From contig NW_013657649.1 in the NCBI RefSeq assembly GCF_000142905.1, forward strand, positions 124,001-188,000: a stretch of 64,000 bases of DNA, given 5' to 3'. Position numbers and translations under genes: made by a program. Below are positions 52,549-63,064 of this stretch, in pieces (positions within the stretch are counted from its first letter, which is position 1; each line of letters begins with the position of its first letter). The notes beneath the pieces were generated by a model. It did no database searches. It saw only the letters and a program-made list of their open reading frames with translations, and had not been told where the DNA came from. The stretch comes from Thecamonas trahens ATCC 50062. Its lineage: Eukaryota; Protista; Apusomonadida.

Positions 52549-54042
52549 ATGTGGCGCCACACAGTCATCGGCACACTTCGGACGCTTGCCGGCAGCCGGG
52601 CAGCACAACTTGGAGGTAGGACAGCGACTCGGACCATGGCTCGCGGAGCAGGCGGAGTCGGGGCGACGCGTCAGCGTCTGACGACAGCTGGCGGCGCGGT
52701 GATGCGGACGATGCGGGCGATGCAGAGCCTGGCAGGGAGCCAGGGTGCGGGCAGAGTCTTTGCAGCACAGGCTGGGGGCTTGCTGGGGCAGAATGCCGTG
52801 GCGATGGCCACCAGGAGCATGCCCAAGTCGGCTGTCGTGGCGCATGCGAGTCGGTCCTTGGCCACTTTGGCGTCGGCGAGGACGACCGTGTCGTCGGCGC
52901 CGGTGCGGATGCTGACGACGTCGGTGCGTGCGCGGGCACAGGCACAGGCACAGGCGCAGACGCAGGTCCAGGGATGGGGAGGATCCAAGGCTGTCCGTAA
53001 CTGGCTCGGCGTCACATCGGGCCTGGTCTACGGCATGGTGGTGCTGGGCGGAGTGACGCGGCTGACCGAATCGGGCCTCTCCATGACCACCTGGTCGGTT
53101 ACCGGATCGCTCCCGCCTTCCACCGACGAAGAGTGGGCCGCCGAGTTTGCCAAGTACCAGGACTCGCCCGAGTACGAGATCCTCAACAAGGGCATGACCG
53201 TCGACGAGTTCAAGCGCATCTTCTACTTTGAGTACTCGCACCGCATGCTCGGGCGCCTCATCGGTGCCGCCTTTGTCCTGCCCATGGGCTATTTTTGGGC
53301 CCGCGGTGTGCTCACGACCCCGCTTAAGAAGGCTCTGCTCGCCATCGGCGCCATGATCGGCGGCCAGGGCCTGCTGGGGTGGTACATGGTCAAGTCTGGC
53401 CTTAAGGACGAGTTTGACGCCTCGGGCAACGCCCCGCCGCGAGTCTCACAGTACCGCCTCGCCGCCCACCTCTCGTCGGCGCTGGCCATCTACTCGGCCA
53501 TGCTGTGGACCATGTTTAACGTCGGGACCACGGGCTCGCCGCCGCTGAACGCGGCCCAGCTTGCGCCGCGCGCGCTCTCGGTTCTCCGCAACAAGTCGAC
53601 CGCCCTCCTCGGCGTTCTGGGCGTAACCATTGTCTCGGGCGCGTTTGTGGCCGGCCTTGATGCTGGCCTGGTCTACAACGAGTTCCCGTTGATGGGTGGC
53701 TCCATCATCCCGTCGGACATTGTGCGTGACGATCTGCCGCTCTGGCGCAACGTGTTTGAGAACGACGTCATGGTTCAGTTCAACCATCGGCTCCTTGGCC
53801 TCACCACGGCCTCGGGCGTCCTTGCCATGTGGGCATACGCCTCGCGCCTCCCGCTTCCTCGGCCGGCCAAGATCGCTACCAACGCCGCCGCTGCCCTTGT
53901 TGTCGCCCAGGCCTCACTCGGCATCTCCACCCTCCTCATGTTTGTGCCTGTCAAGCTCGCCGCCATGCATCAGGCCGGCTCGGTTGCCCTCCTCTCCTCG
54001 CTCCTCTGGCTCCTCCATGTCCTTCGCCGCGTCCGCATCTGA
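52549..54042 (+). CDS. COX15: Heme A synthase COX15 with long mitochondrial presequence
   Basis: LGGVTRLTESGLSM, FEYSHRMLGR, GWYMVKSGL, RVSQYRLAAHL, GAFVAGLDAG, QFNHR, AAMHQAG. Arg/Ala/Thr-rich acid-free N-terminus. Confidence 0.96.
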   Translation: MWRHTVIGTLRTLAGSRAAQLGGRTATRTMARGAGGVGATRQRLTTAGGAVMRTMRAMQSLAGSQGAGRVFAAQAGGLLGQNAVAMATRSMPKSAVVAHASRSLATLASARTTVSSAPVRMLTTSVRARAQAQAQAQTQVQGWGGSKAVRNWLGVTSGLVYGMVVLGGVTRLTESGLSMTTWSVTGSLPPSTDEEWAAEFAKYQDSPEYEILNKGMTVDEFKRIFYFEYSHRMLGRLIGAAFVLPMGYFWARGVLTTPLKKALLAIGAMIGGQGLLGWYMVKSGLKDEFDASGNAPPRVSQYRLAAHLSSALAIYSAMLWTMFNVGTTGSPPLNAAQLAPRALSVLRNKSTALLGVLGVTIVSGAFVAGLDAGLVYNEFPLMGGSIIPSDIVRDDLPLWRNVFENDVMVQFNHRLLGLTTASGVLAMWAYASRLPLPRPAKIATNAAAALVVAQASLGISTLLMFVPVKLAAMHQAGSVALLSSLLWLLHVLRRVRI

Positions 54043-54440
54043 CCGTGATCATGCTTGATCATGCCCCCCTTCCCCCCCTCCACTAAACCTTGGCATCCCT
54101 TCCGCTCTCTCATCGCCCTCGCCAACCTCGCTCCGCCTAGCCCGTCACCCGACACCCACTGCTGTCTGCGTGCGGTCCGCCGCGTTTCGGGCTCCAGCCA
54201 CACCACGCCATCGCACCCTGCGGACGCAGAAGCAGAGGCAGCGCGTGTACGCGCATACACCTGACCACTCCCCCCCCCCCTACCCCGTCCCGTCCTCCCT
54301 CCCTCCCCCCTTCCTGTCGTGCTGCGTTGCTTCCCTGGTACTGCTCACAGACGGACACGCAGACAGACGGAGACACCGACGAGCGCACCGTCGCGGAGAC
54401 TACTACATCGGGAGGCCCAACACCAGCCCAACTTGCCGCC

Positions 54441-55046
54441 ATGGCAGAGGTCTCGATGTGTGGGTATTTGCTCAAGCGCGGCGAGGTCAATCGCAACTAC
54501 TCGGTCCGATGGTTTGTGCTCGAGGCGGCGATGCTGTGGTACTACCAGTCGCCAAACGCGAGCAAGGCCATCCAGTCCATCTCGTTGGAGGATGCTATCG
54601 TCCGCAAGAGCGCGGCGCCTGCCGGCTCAAAGCGCCGCAAGGGCAATGTGTACTACTTTGAAGTTGTAGCCCGCGACAAGGTCTGGGGCCTTGGCGCCCG
54701 GTCGGCTGCCGAGCGCGCATCGTGGATGTCCGCTCTCTCCACCCTCACGATGATGGGTATGGAGAACAAGTACTTTATCAAGGCTGAGGAGGTTATTCGC
54801 CAGTCGGAGCTGTACAAGTACCGCCGGCGCCACGGATCGCGGGCGCAGCGGGCGTCGGCGGTTGCTGCTGGCACCGCTGGCAGCGAAGGCACGGCCTCGT
54901 CGGCCGCGTCTCCCGATCCTCCCCCTCCTTCCGCTTCCGTCCCGCTACCTCCCAGCGTCGACGCAGACGACCCCGTGTCCGGGACTGTGTCCGGGCGGAT
55001 GTCGCCGGGCATGCCTCCGCCGCTTACACCAACAACAAGACCATAA
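54441..55046 (+). CDS. Small PH-domain protein with Pro-rich tail (possible upstream exon via a GTACGC..CTCACAG intron at 54247-54350)
   Basis: GYLLKRGEVNRNYSVRWFVL...LWYY...ISLED...FEVV...ERASWMSAL. Confidence 0.85.
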   Translation: MAEVSMCGYLLKRGEVNRNYSVRWFVLEAAMLWYYQSPNASKAIQSISLEDAIVRKSAAPAGSKRRKGNVYYFEVVARDKVWGLGARSAAERASWMSALSTLTMMGMENKYFIKAEEVIRQSELYKYRRRHGSRAQRASAVAAGTAGSEGTASSAASPDPPPPSASVPLPPSVDADDPVSGTVSGRMSPGMPPPLTPTTRP

Positions 55047-55125
55047 AGGACATACATGTGCATGGTGGGATGGTGCAGAGCACAGTGGCGATCGATGGGT
55101 AGGGCGTTCGTTTTACGCAAGTGGA

Positions 55126-58100
55126 TCACTGGATGGCAAAGCCGCCGCCGGCAAACCGACGCATATCCGGGTCGGGCTGGACCGGAATCTTACCAGGCGA
55201 GGCTGTGGGAGCGGCAGCGGCCTTGTCCTCTGCGGCGGCGCGCTTGCGGCGAGTCTCCTTCTTCTTCATCTCAAAGAATCGCTTCTTGACCGAGTTGAGC
55301 TCGCGGGCGAGGCGCTCGTTCTCGTACTTGAACTCGTTGACCTGAGCGACAGACATGTTGAGCTCTGCGGCGAGGGCCTTGAGCTCACGGGTCTTGGCCT
55401 TGAGCGAGGCCTGGTAGACGTTGAGCTGCTCGGCAACTTCGGGGCCCGGCTGGCGTGCGAGGACGTTCTTGAGCTCGATGTAGTACTTTTCCTTCTGCTG
55501 GATGAGAAGCTCCTTCTCGACAACCTCCTCGGTCTTGGCGATGAGCCGCTTTTGCAGAGTGTGGATCTTGCGGATGAGGTCGTACTTGTCCGGGTCGGTG
55601 CCCTCGAGCTTGCGCCAGCGATGGATGTTCATCGGGTTCTCCAGCTCCTCCGAAAGGGCCTTGACTCTGTTGCGCTCCTGCAGCAGCTCGCGCTGGAGCT
55701 GGAAGACGGCCATCTTGAGCGAGTCGACATGGGCTGTCTGCCCGTCGAGCAGCTTGAGCTGGCGGCGGAGCTCCTTGTTCTTCGACTTGAGGGCGCGAAT
55801 CTCCTTGACCCGCTGCGCATACTGCTTCTCGCCCTTTTCGAGAGTGTAGCGGTTGATGGAGAGCTTCTCGTAGAGGAGGGCGAGCTCATCGTTGCGCCGG
55901 ATGAGCTGCGTTCCGAGGATGTCACGCTCGTTGCGGGCGGCCTCGAGCGCCTTCTTCTGGCGCATTCGCTCGGTGTCGGCCTCGTTGATGATGTGCTTGA
56001 GCTTGGAGAGCTCCTCGGCCTGGGCCTGCTGGAACTTGCGAGCCTCGTAGATTTGAGAGCCGAGGACCGAGAGCTGAATTTGCTTGGCAGCAAAGTCCTT
56101 CTGCACCCGCATGTGGGTCATGTGCTCGGTAAAGATGGCCTGCTCCTTGACGACAATCTCCTCCTTGAGCTGGTCAATCTGGTGGTTGAGAATGTCAAAC
56201 TTGCGCTTGTACTCGGCAATGTCGTCCTGTGCCTCGATGAGCTGCTTCGAGTAGAGGTTGCGGTCCGACCGCACCGCCTCGTACAGCATCTGCTGCTGCT
56301 TGAGCTTGACCTTGGCCTCGCGAAGCTTCTTCTTCTTGTCAAAGATGACAAGGTCCTTGATCTTGAGCTCTTCTTGCGTCTGCAGCAGCTTAGTCGAGAG
56401 CTCCATGGTGAGCGAGCGGAACTTGTCCTTCTTGAGCCCGAGCTCGTGGATCTTCTTGCGGTGGTCCTGCGCCGCCTTTTTGTACTTGTCGATGTGGGTC
56501 TCGAGGACCTTGCGGTCGTTGGCGAGCTTGCGGACGACCTCCTTCTGGGCATCGGTCTTGGTCCGCTCCTTCTCCGTCCCCTTCTTGAGCTTGCTCGTCT
56601 GTGCTGAGAGCGACGAGATGACCCGGTCCTGCTCGCGCTTGGCGAGCGTCTCGAGCTCGAGCTGGTGGTTGAGCTCGGTGATGGCCTTGAGCAGGTCGGC
56701 CTTCTCGGCCTCGACCACGTTGCGGGCGTTCTTGGCCTGGACCACCTTTTCCTGAAGCGCCGCGTACTTGCGCTGCTCGTCACGGACGAGCTTGCGAGTC
56801 CGCTCGATCTCAGCCTTGTGCTGGTCGAGCAGATTGTTCTGCTCTTTAGCGTTGCCCTGCAGCTGCACAATGGTCTCATGCGCCTTGTTGAGTGCGTCCT
56901 TGGCCGCAGCCTCGTTCGACTCCATCTGCCCGAGCAGCGACTGATAGTTCTCGACCTCGGCCTTTTGCTGGTCGACCTCGGCGAGCGTGTATTGCAGCTG
57001 GTCTTGCAGCGACGCAATCGACTCGTTCTTGGCATTGATCTCGTCCTGCGAGCTCGCGAGCTCGCGACGCAGGTCGTCGAGCTCCTTGTTCAGTTTTTGC
57101 TTCTCCTGCGTCTCGCGGCCAAACTCGACCACCCGAGTCCGGATCGCCTCCTGCAGCATGGTGATCTGCTGCTCGGCGGCGGCCTTCTCGGCTTGCAACT
57201 GCGAGGTGCGCTCACGCTCGGCATTGATGTCCAGCCGAAGCTGGTTGATCTTGGCCACATGCAGGTCCACCTCCTTCTGCAGCTCCTCCTTGACCCGGAA
57301 CAGCTCGTTGACTGAGTTTTCCTGTCCGATCGAGAACCCAGCGCCCTGCTCCACAAGCTTCTTGAGCTTGTCGATGGCCTCCCGCAGCGAGTTGATCGTC
57401 TCCTTGGCCTTGGCCTCTTTGGCGTTGGCTACATCCACCATCTTCCATGCCTTCTCGATCTCCTTGGTCAACTGCGCAATGGTCTTCTGGTCCTCCTGCG
57501 ACATCTTGAGCGCCTGCTGGACCTTGGCCGAGTTGGAAACAATCTCGCCCTGCAGCGCCTTGCATCGGTTCAGCAGTCGCTTCTCTGATGCATATGACTT
57601 GGAGAGCGCTCGGTGGAGCTTCGAATACTCTTGCCGAAACTTGGCCAGCGACGAGTCGCCCACCAGCTGCTGCAGCGTCTCCTGAAAGTCCCGCTCCAGC
57701 GCCTCAAACGCCGAAGCCTCGATTCCGAGCTCCTCCAGCTCTTTCGTAGTCGCCGAGCCCGGCTCCGCCTGTTCTCCCACCACCGCCCGACCCCGTCCGA
57801 CCCCGTCCGACCCCGTCCGACCCCGTCCGACCCCGTCCGACCCCGTCCGACCCCGTCCGACCCCACCCGTTACCGTCCCGCCGTTCCCGCCCACAGCCGT
57901 TAGCGCCGCCGTCCGGTCCCCCCGCCCGTCCGCGCCAAGGAATAGCATCGGCGCCAGCCAGACCAACCACACGCCCCACGACCAGCAGCATGTCATAGCC
58001 AATGTTGTGTTGTGTGTTGTGTATGGTTGTGTTGTGAGTTGTGGTGGTTGTGGTGGTTGTGGTGGTTGTGGTGGTTGTGGTTGTGGTGATCGTTCTCAGG

Positions 58101-58237
58101 GGACTGTCCATGGGCAACGTGTGTAGGAGGGAGAAGAGGGGGGGGGGGGGGAGAAGAGGGAGGGAGGACATATGGATGGTATGCATGTGTATGTATGCAC
58201 ATGTGTGTGTGTTGTGTGTGTGTAGAGTACGTACCAT
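55126..58237 (-). CDS. CFAP58: Cilia- and flagella-associated protein 58 (CCDC147); exon 1 is the ATG alone, intron 58234-57769
   Basis: SAFEALERDFQE...KFRQEYSKLH, LYEAVRSDRNLYSK, ERDILGTQLIRRNDELALLYEK, ELENPMNIHRWRKLEGTDP, LARQPGPEVAEQL. ATG|GTACGT donor and AACAG acceptor in phase 0 give MAEPGS... Confidence 0.92.
57786..57864. repeat. 10-bp tandem repeat (CCCCGTCCGA), about 7.5 copies, in the CFAP58 intron
   Basis: Read directly from the sequence. Confidence 0.95.
58039..58088. repeat. (GTGGTGGTT)n microsatellite in the CFAP58 intron
   Basis: Read directly from the sequence. Confidence 0.85.
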
Positions 58238-58874
58238 GGTGAGTGGTGGGCGGTGTCAAGTGTGGCTCTGTGTATGGCTCTGGTATGGGTTCAAGGGAGT
58301 GGCCCTGCGACGGTGGTGAGCCAGCGGTTGGCCAACGACGACATCATCACCGCTCATCTGTACACGACAACCATGGTGCCGATGATGGTGTTGGTGATGA
58401 AGGTGCCAATGATTGTTCCGGTCACCCTCTGTCATCCAGTAATGGTAATGTTCCTCAGTTGCCATGTCATGCCGCATCATCACCATACCCATCACTGCCA
58501 TAATCGGGCCCTTGCCCCGCACCGTTGACTCTCTCAATGGCTTTCATCGTTTGCCGGACAGCTCTTCCCTCTCCCGACCCCCCCCCCCCCCCCTCCCTCT
58601 CGGGGGGCGGCGGGCTGGAACCACCAAAACTTGTCAGCTGCGGTGTCCCCCACACCGCACAAGACATACATGCGAACCGCCCAATGAAATGTTCCAATGC
58701 CCAATGTCTTTGATTCCCGCCCGCGCCAGACACATAAGTAAAATACCACTGCGCAGGGGTTGTCATATTGATTGTTAACTCAAAATCACAAAACAAGTAA
58801 AAGACCTAAGAATGCTTTTTCTGAGCTTGCGTGTAAAATGGCGTGGATCCTCATACTACGCCTTTATTGGTACC

Positions 58875-58974
58875 NNNNNNNNNNNNNNNNNNNNNNNNNN
58901 NNNNNNNNNNNNNNNNNNNNNNNNNNNNNNNNNNNNNNNNNNNNNNNNNNNNNNNNNNNNNNNNNNNNNNNNNN
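58875..58974. other. Assembly gap (100 N)
   Basis: N run. Confidence 0.99.
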
Positions 58975-58980
58975 CTACAG

Positions 58981-59117
58981 TTAGGGTTAGGGTTAGGGTT
59001 TGGGGTTAGGGTTAGGATTTAGGGTTAGGGTTAGGGTTAGGGTTAGGGTTAGGGTTAAGGTTAGCGTTAGGGTTAGGGTTAAGGTTAAGGGTTAGGGTTA
59101 GGGATAGGGTTAGGGTT
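58981..59117 (+). repeat. Telomere-type (TTAGGG)n tract, interstitial and partly degenerate
   Basis: About 22 units including the variants TTTGGG, TTAAGG, TTAGCG and ATAGGG. Confidence 0.95.
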
Positions 59118-59185
59118 CCCCCGAGCCCCCCCCCCCACCTGCCCCACCTCTCACCTCCTCCCTCCCTCACTCCCTCCCTTTCTCT

Positions 59186-61546
59186 ATGCCTGTTCGCCAA
59201 CGACACCGGACGGCAGCAGCGGTGGCGGCTTCTGCTCAGTCCACGCCTCCGCCTGCTGGGCCGCAGCCGGGCAGTGGCGGCCTGTTTGCTGCCGCCGCGG
59301 CCGAGGCTCTGGCCACCATCAACTCGGACGCTCTGCAGCAGACGGCTCGCTTGCGGCCCACGCCGCCACCTGTGGAGCAGGATGCCGCGCTGGCCGACGA
59401 TGCTCTGGTTCTCGTCGAGCTGGTTGAGCCCGAGCCCGCACGCCGGTCCCGGACACGCGCCGGATTGCGGGCAAGGACTCGCTCGCGGGGCGGTCGCCCG
59501 TCGTCGGCTGCTGCTGGCCGTGATCGGAGCGCGCACGCCTCGTGGCGGCTGGCGGCAGGAAAGTCAGTCACAGTCTCAGCGGCGGCGCCAGGATCGGCTA
59601 CGCTTGCCTCCAGCCAGCGCTGGGGTTCGGGCTTTATGGTCCGCGCATACACTCCGGTCGTTCGCCATGGTGGCGGCGCCTGGGCCCGCTCGCGCACGCC
59701 TCAGCACCGCCCGCACTCCCAGGCCCGTCCCTCGACAGCGCATGGTGATCCACGGTTCCGGCCGATCACCTCGATCCGCCGCCAATCCTCGCACTCGCAG
59801 GCCGCGCCGGGCGTGTACATCGCGTCGACACCGATGAGCTTGAGCCGCCCGCCGCGCCCGCCATCGGCGCCTATCCAGGGCAGTGACCGCGTGTCAGTAT
59901 CGGCTGCGCCGTTAGCGGCTGCATCGCCACGTCCGACGTCGGCTGGCCCTCGGGCGCGTCGCTCGCTCCGGGTCGCTGCGCCCGACCACGTGCGCCAGGC
60001 CATCATCGGCGCCATTCGCATGCTCACCAACTCCAACTCGGCGAGCCGCATCAAGGTCTGTACCGACCTCCGGCAGCTCCTTGACTCGCTAGAGTCCGTC
60101 GAGGAGCGGGCGGCCATGGCCGAGATCTTTGCTATTGAGTTTTCGGGCGTGCCGCTTCTGGTCCAGCTCCTCAATGCTGTTGTCGACAACGAGCGGTTCA
60201 ACTATCTGCCGTCGTCGATTGCCGCCCGCCTCGAGGCCTCGCACCGCCGCAACGCCCGGGCCTTTGGCCTCCCGAGAGAAGATCGCGCAGATTCCATGCT
60301 CTCGGTGCGGGCTGCAGAAATTGTGCCCATCACCCAGCTGCTGCTGGTTTTGGTGGTGGCGTCGACCGAGGCCGCTGCCGCGCTGGCCGAGTGCAACGGC
60401 CTCGACGCGCCGGTGGCGCTGCTCGAGGCCAAAGGGAGCCGGCAGCTCGAGCGGGTGTTGCGGTTCCTGGCACAGCTGCTGCGGAGCCCGAGCGATGGCG
60501 CCCTCGCCATCCTCCGCTGTGCTTTTGTCGACGCCGGCGGCCTTGCGTGCCTCATGCAGTTGCTGGCGTCGCTGACCACGGCTCGTGACCGGACACGGCT
60601 GCTTGTCTTTGCAGCGCTTCGCGGTGCGCTGGCAGCCTGCCCTCAAGCGATGGATGCCTTTCTGGAAGCTCACGGCCCGATGCGTGTTCTCGCACACATG
60701 TCGGGATCGTCGATGGGTGTCAAGGCGGCTGCCGCCAACACCCTTGGCTTTGCCTGCATGGAGGATGCCCGGGTGCGGGCGGCGCTGGCGGCCGCTTCGG
60801 GTGTGCCGGCGTTTGTGGCTCTTGTCAAGGCGCGCCAGTCTCCGGCCGCCTTTTCAGCGCTTGCCGAAATCTGCAGTGGCTCGTCGGTCAATGTCCAGGC
60901 CGCTGCCGCCGCTGGCGCGCTGCAGGTCCTGGTACGGACGCTGCGCCGGCCATCGCGCGCCACCGCTGTCCATGTCGCTGCAGTCAACACCCTCATGGCG
61001 CTGGTCGACGGCCAGCCGCAGCTGGCCGACGCTGCCGGCGAGACCACCCTCATCCGTGACATGATCAACATGCTCGACCGCGACGATCTGGTCGAGTCTG
61101 TCGGCGCTGCCCTTGTCATCCTCGCCCGCGAGCACGTCAACAATGCCGCCCGCCTCGAGCACTACGTCCCACTGCTGGTGACGTATCTAGAGGTGGCACG
61201 CGGCGCAGCGCGCCAGGCTGCTGCCGCGGCTGACATCCTAGCTGCCATGGCCACCCGCGCCCCGTTCCAGAGAACCATGATGCACGAGGCGCTGCTGCGA
61301 GTCGTCGGATGGCTGCATCTCGCGACAACGTCCAAGCTGGATGAGGAGCACGGCCTGCAGATTGCCGCCTCCATGCTCTTCTGCCTTGAGGCTGCAACTC
61401 GCGACGCGCCGCGCAACGTCGAGCTGGTCCGCGAAATGGAGGCCACCGTCCTCCTTGACTCGGCGTGCGACGTCGTGGCTCGAGTTGATGACGTCGACGC
61501 TAGCCTTGAGACCGTGGTGGCCTGCTTGCGCGAGCGGCTGGCGTGA
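59186..61546 (+). CDS. Armadillo-repeat protein with disordered Arg/Pro/Ser-rich N-terminus
   Basis: ARM-like repeats GVPLLVQLL, AGGLACLMQLL, SGVPAFVALV, AGALQVLVRTL. Confidence 0.8.
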   Translation: MPVRQRHRTAAAVAASAQSTPPPAGPQPGSGGLFAAAAAEALATINSDALQQTARLRPTPPPVEQDAALADDALVLVELVEPEPARRSRTRAGLRARTRSRGGRPSSAAAGRDRSAHASWRLAAGKSVTVSAAAPGSATLASSQRWGSGFMVRAYTPVVRHGGGAWARSRTPQHRPHSQARPSTAHGDPRFRPITSIRRQSSHSQAAPGVYIASTPMSLSRPPRPPSAPIQGSDRVSVSAAPLAAASPRPTSAGPRARRSLRVAAPDHVRQAIIGAIRMLTNSNSASRIKVCTDLRQLLDSLESVEERAAMAEIFAIEFSGVPLLVQLLNAVVDNERFNYLPSSIAARLEASHRRNARAFGLPREDRADSMLSVRAAEIVPITQLLLVLVVASTEAAAALAECNGLDAPVALLEAKGSRQLERVLRFLAQLLRSPSDGALAILRCAFVDAGGLACLMQLLASLTTARDRTRLLVFAALRGALAACPQAMDAFLEAHGPMRVLAHMSGSSMGVKAAAANTLGFACMEDARVRAALAAASGVPAFVALVKARQSPAAFSALAEICSGSSVNVQAAAAAGALQVLVRTLRRPSRATAVHVAAVNTLMALVDGQPQLADAAGETTLIRDMINMLDRDDLVESVGAALVILAREHVNNAARLEHYVPLLVTYLEVARGAARQAAAAADILAAMATRAPFQRTMMHEALLRVVGWLHLATTSKLDEEHGLQIAASMLFCLEAATRDAPRNVELVREMEATVLLDSACDVVARVDDVDASLETVVACLRERLA

Positions 61547-61593
61547 GCTAGCAGGTGGGAGAAACAGTTTATCCGGCAGCACACACTCTACGC

Positions 61594-62030
61594 CTAGTTC
61601 TGGGTCTTCTTCTCCAGCTTCTCCTTGTAGTCGTGGAGTGCAGTCTTGATGGCGTCCTCGGCAAGCATCGAGCAGTGGCGCTTGACAGGCGGCAGCGAGA
61701 GGTACTTGGCAATTTCGGCGTTCTTGATCGCCGCAGCCTCCTCAACCGTCTTGCCGATCACCCACTCGGTCGCCAGTGACGACGACGCGATCGCCGACCC
61801 GCAACCGAAAGTACGGAACTTGGCCTACCCACGTCCGCAGCAACACAACATGATTACATGTAAGACAAGTAGCGGCAATACTCACCACCAGCGTCGCGTC
61901 ACCCGGTCTCAACCTTCCACCGCCTCGCCGCGCCCCCCCCCCCCCATCCTCTCATCACTCAATCACGTACATCAGCGATAACACCGTTCTCGTCGACCTT
62001 GATCTGCAGCTTCATCACGTCACCACACGC
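61594..62030 (-). CDS. ISCU: Fe-S cluster scaffold ISCU/Isu1, last two exons (62030-61971 and 61824-61594); 5' exons not located, probably in or near the gap
   Basis: ACGDVMKLQIKVDENGVIAD, then GTACGT..TAG intron, then AKFRTFGCGSAIASSSLATEWV...LSLPPVKRHCSMLAEDAIK. Missing from the ORF track. Confidence 0.95.
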
Positions 62031-62576
62031 CTGTTCACCATCATCGTACCTCGGCTTTCTGTGAGTACACCCGCAATCAGAGGGATGTGTCTTGGTCGGC
62101 CATGGCTTGCGTCAGACAGACCAGACCACAAGGCTACATACCACATCCACATGCAACCATATCAACCACATCAACCCGTTCCAATCCCGACACAGACACA
62201 GCATCCATTCATCCCCAGACATCCCCATGCCCCCTCCCAATCGCCCCCCCCCCCCCCCCCCCACCACCTTGTGCACGTATGCGCGGTGGAGGGGAGTGTG
62301 TGCGGATAGGGTGGGGCGGTGATCACGGGCGCGGCAAGGAACGACCGCGACCGCCTCCCGAAGAGACTCGGGGGTACAGGGAAGGGACGGAGAGGGCGAC
62401 AAGGGGAAAAAAGGTACACAGAGGAAGAATAGAGAGGGGCATCTACACCTCTGGTGTGTGCAGAAGGGGGTTAAAGGGTAGGTGGGCTCCTCATGGATGG
62501 AGGTAATGGTTGGGGGGGGGGGAAGGGACGACAAGGGGGGTGATCAGCGAGAGGGAGGGGCGGGCGCATGAAATAT

Positions 62577-62676
62577 NNNNNNNNNNNNNNNNNNNNNNNN
62601 NNNNNNNNNNNNNNNNNNNNNNNNNNNNNNNNNNNNNNNNNNNNNNNNNNNNNNNNNNNNNNNNNNNNNNNNNNNN
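62577..62676. other. Assembly gap (100 N)
   Basis: N run. Confidence 0.99.
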
Positions 62677-62796
62677 TGGGGGAAGGTCACAACCGGGTTG
62701 TGGCCGTCTGCTAACAGCTGTGTCGTCGTCGATATTCCGGCAATCAGGGTGTTAGGGATGGGATCGGGATGGTTGAGATCGGAGTCATCCCTTTGA

Positions 62797-62836
62797 GGTG
62801 GTGGTGGTGGTGGTGGTGGTGGTGGTGGTGGTGGTG
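62797..62836. repeat. (GGT)n microsatellite
   Basis: About 13 GGT units. Confidence 0.9.
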
Positions 62837-63064
62837 ATCAGCCGAGTGCGACTCGGCTTGACGTCCATCCGGCTCGAGGTCTGTCGGTGACCGACTGCAG
62901 CTGAGCAGAGCGGGTCAGAGGCGACCGGTAGGACCCGTACTCATACCCATACCACTCGTATCCAACCTGAATCACTCTTCTCTCTCCCCCCTCCCTCCCC
63001 CCCCCTCCCTCCCTCCCTCCCTCCCTCCCTCCCTCCCTCCTCTTCTCCCTCTTCTGTGGTCATC

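Noticed and set aside
58104-58470. RFX X-box-like words near CFAP58 (TCCATGGGCAAC, GTTGCCATG)
   Set aside because: Only half-sites match, which is expected by chance in GC-rich DNA.
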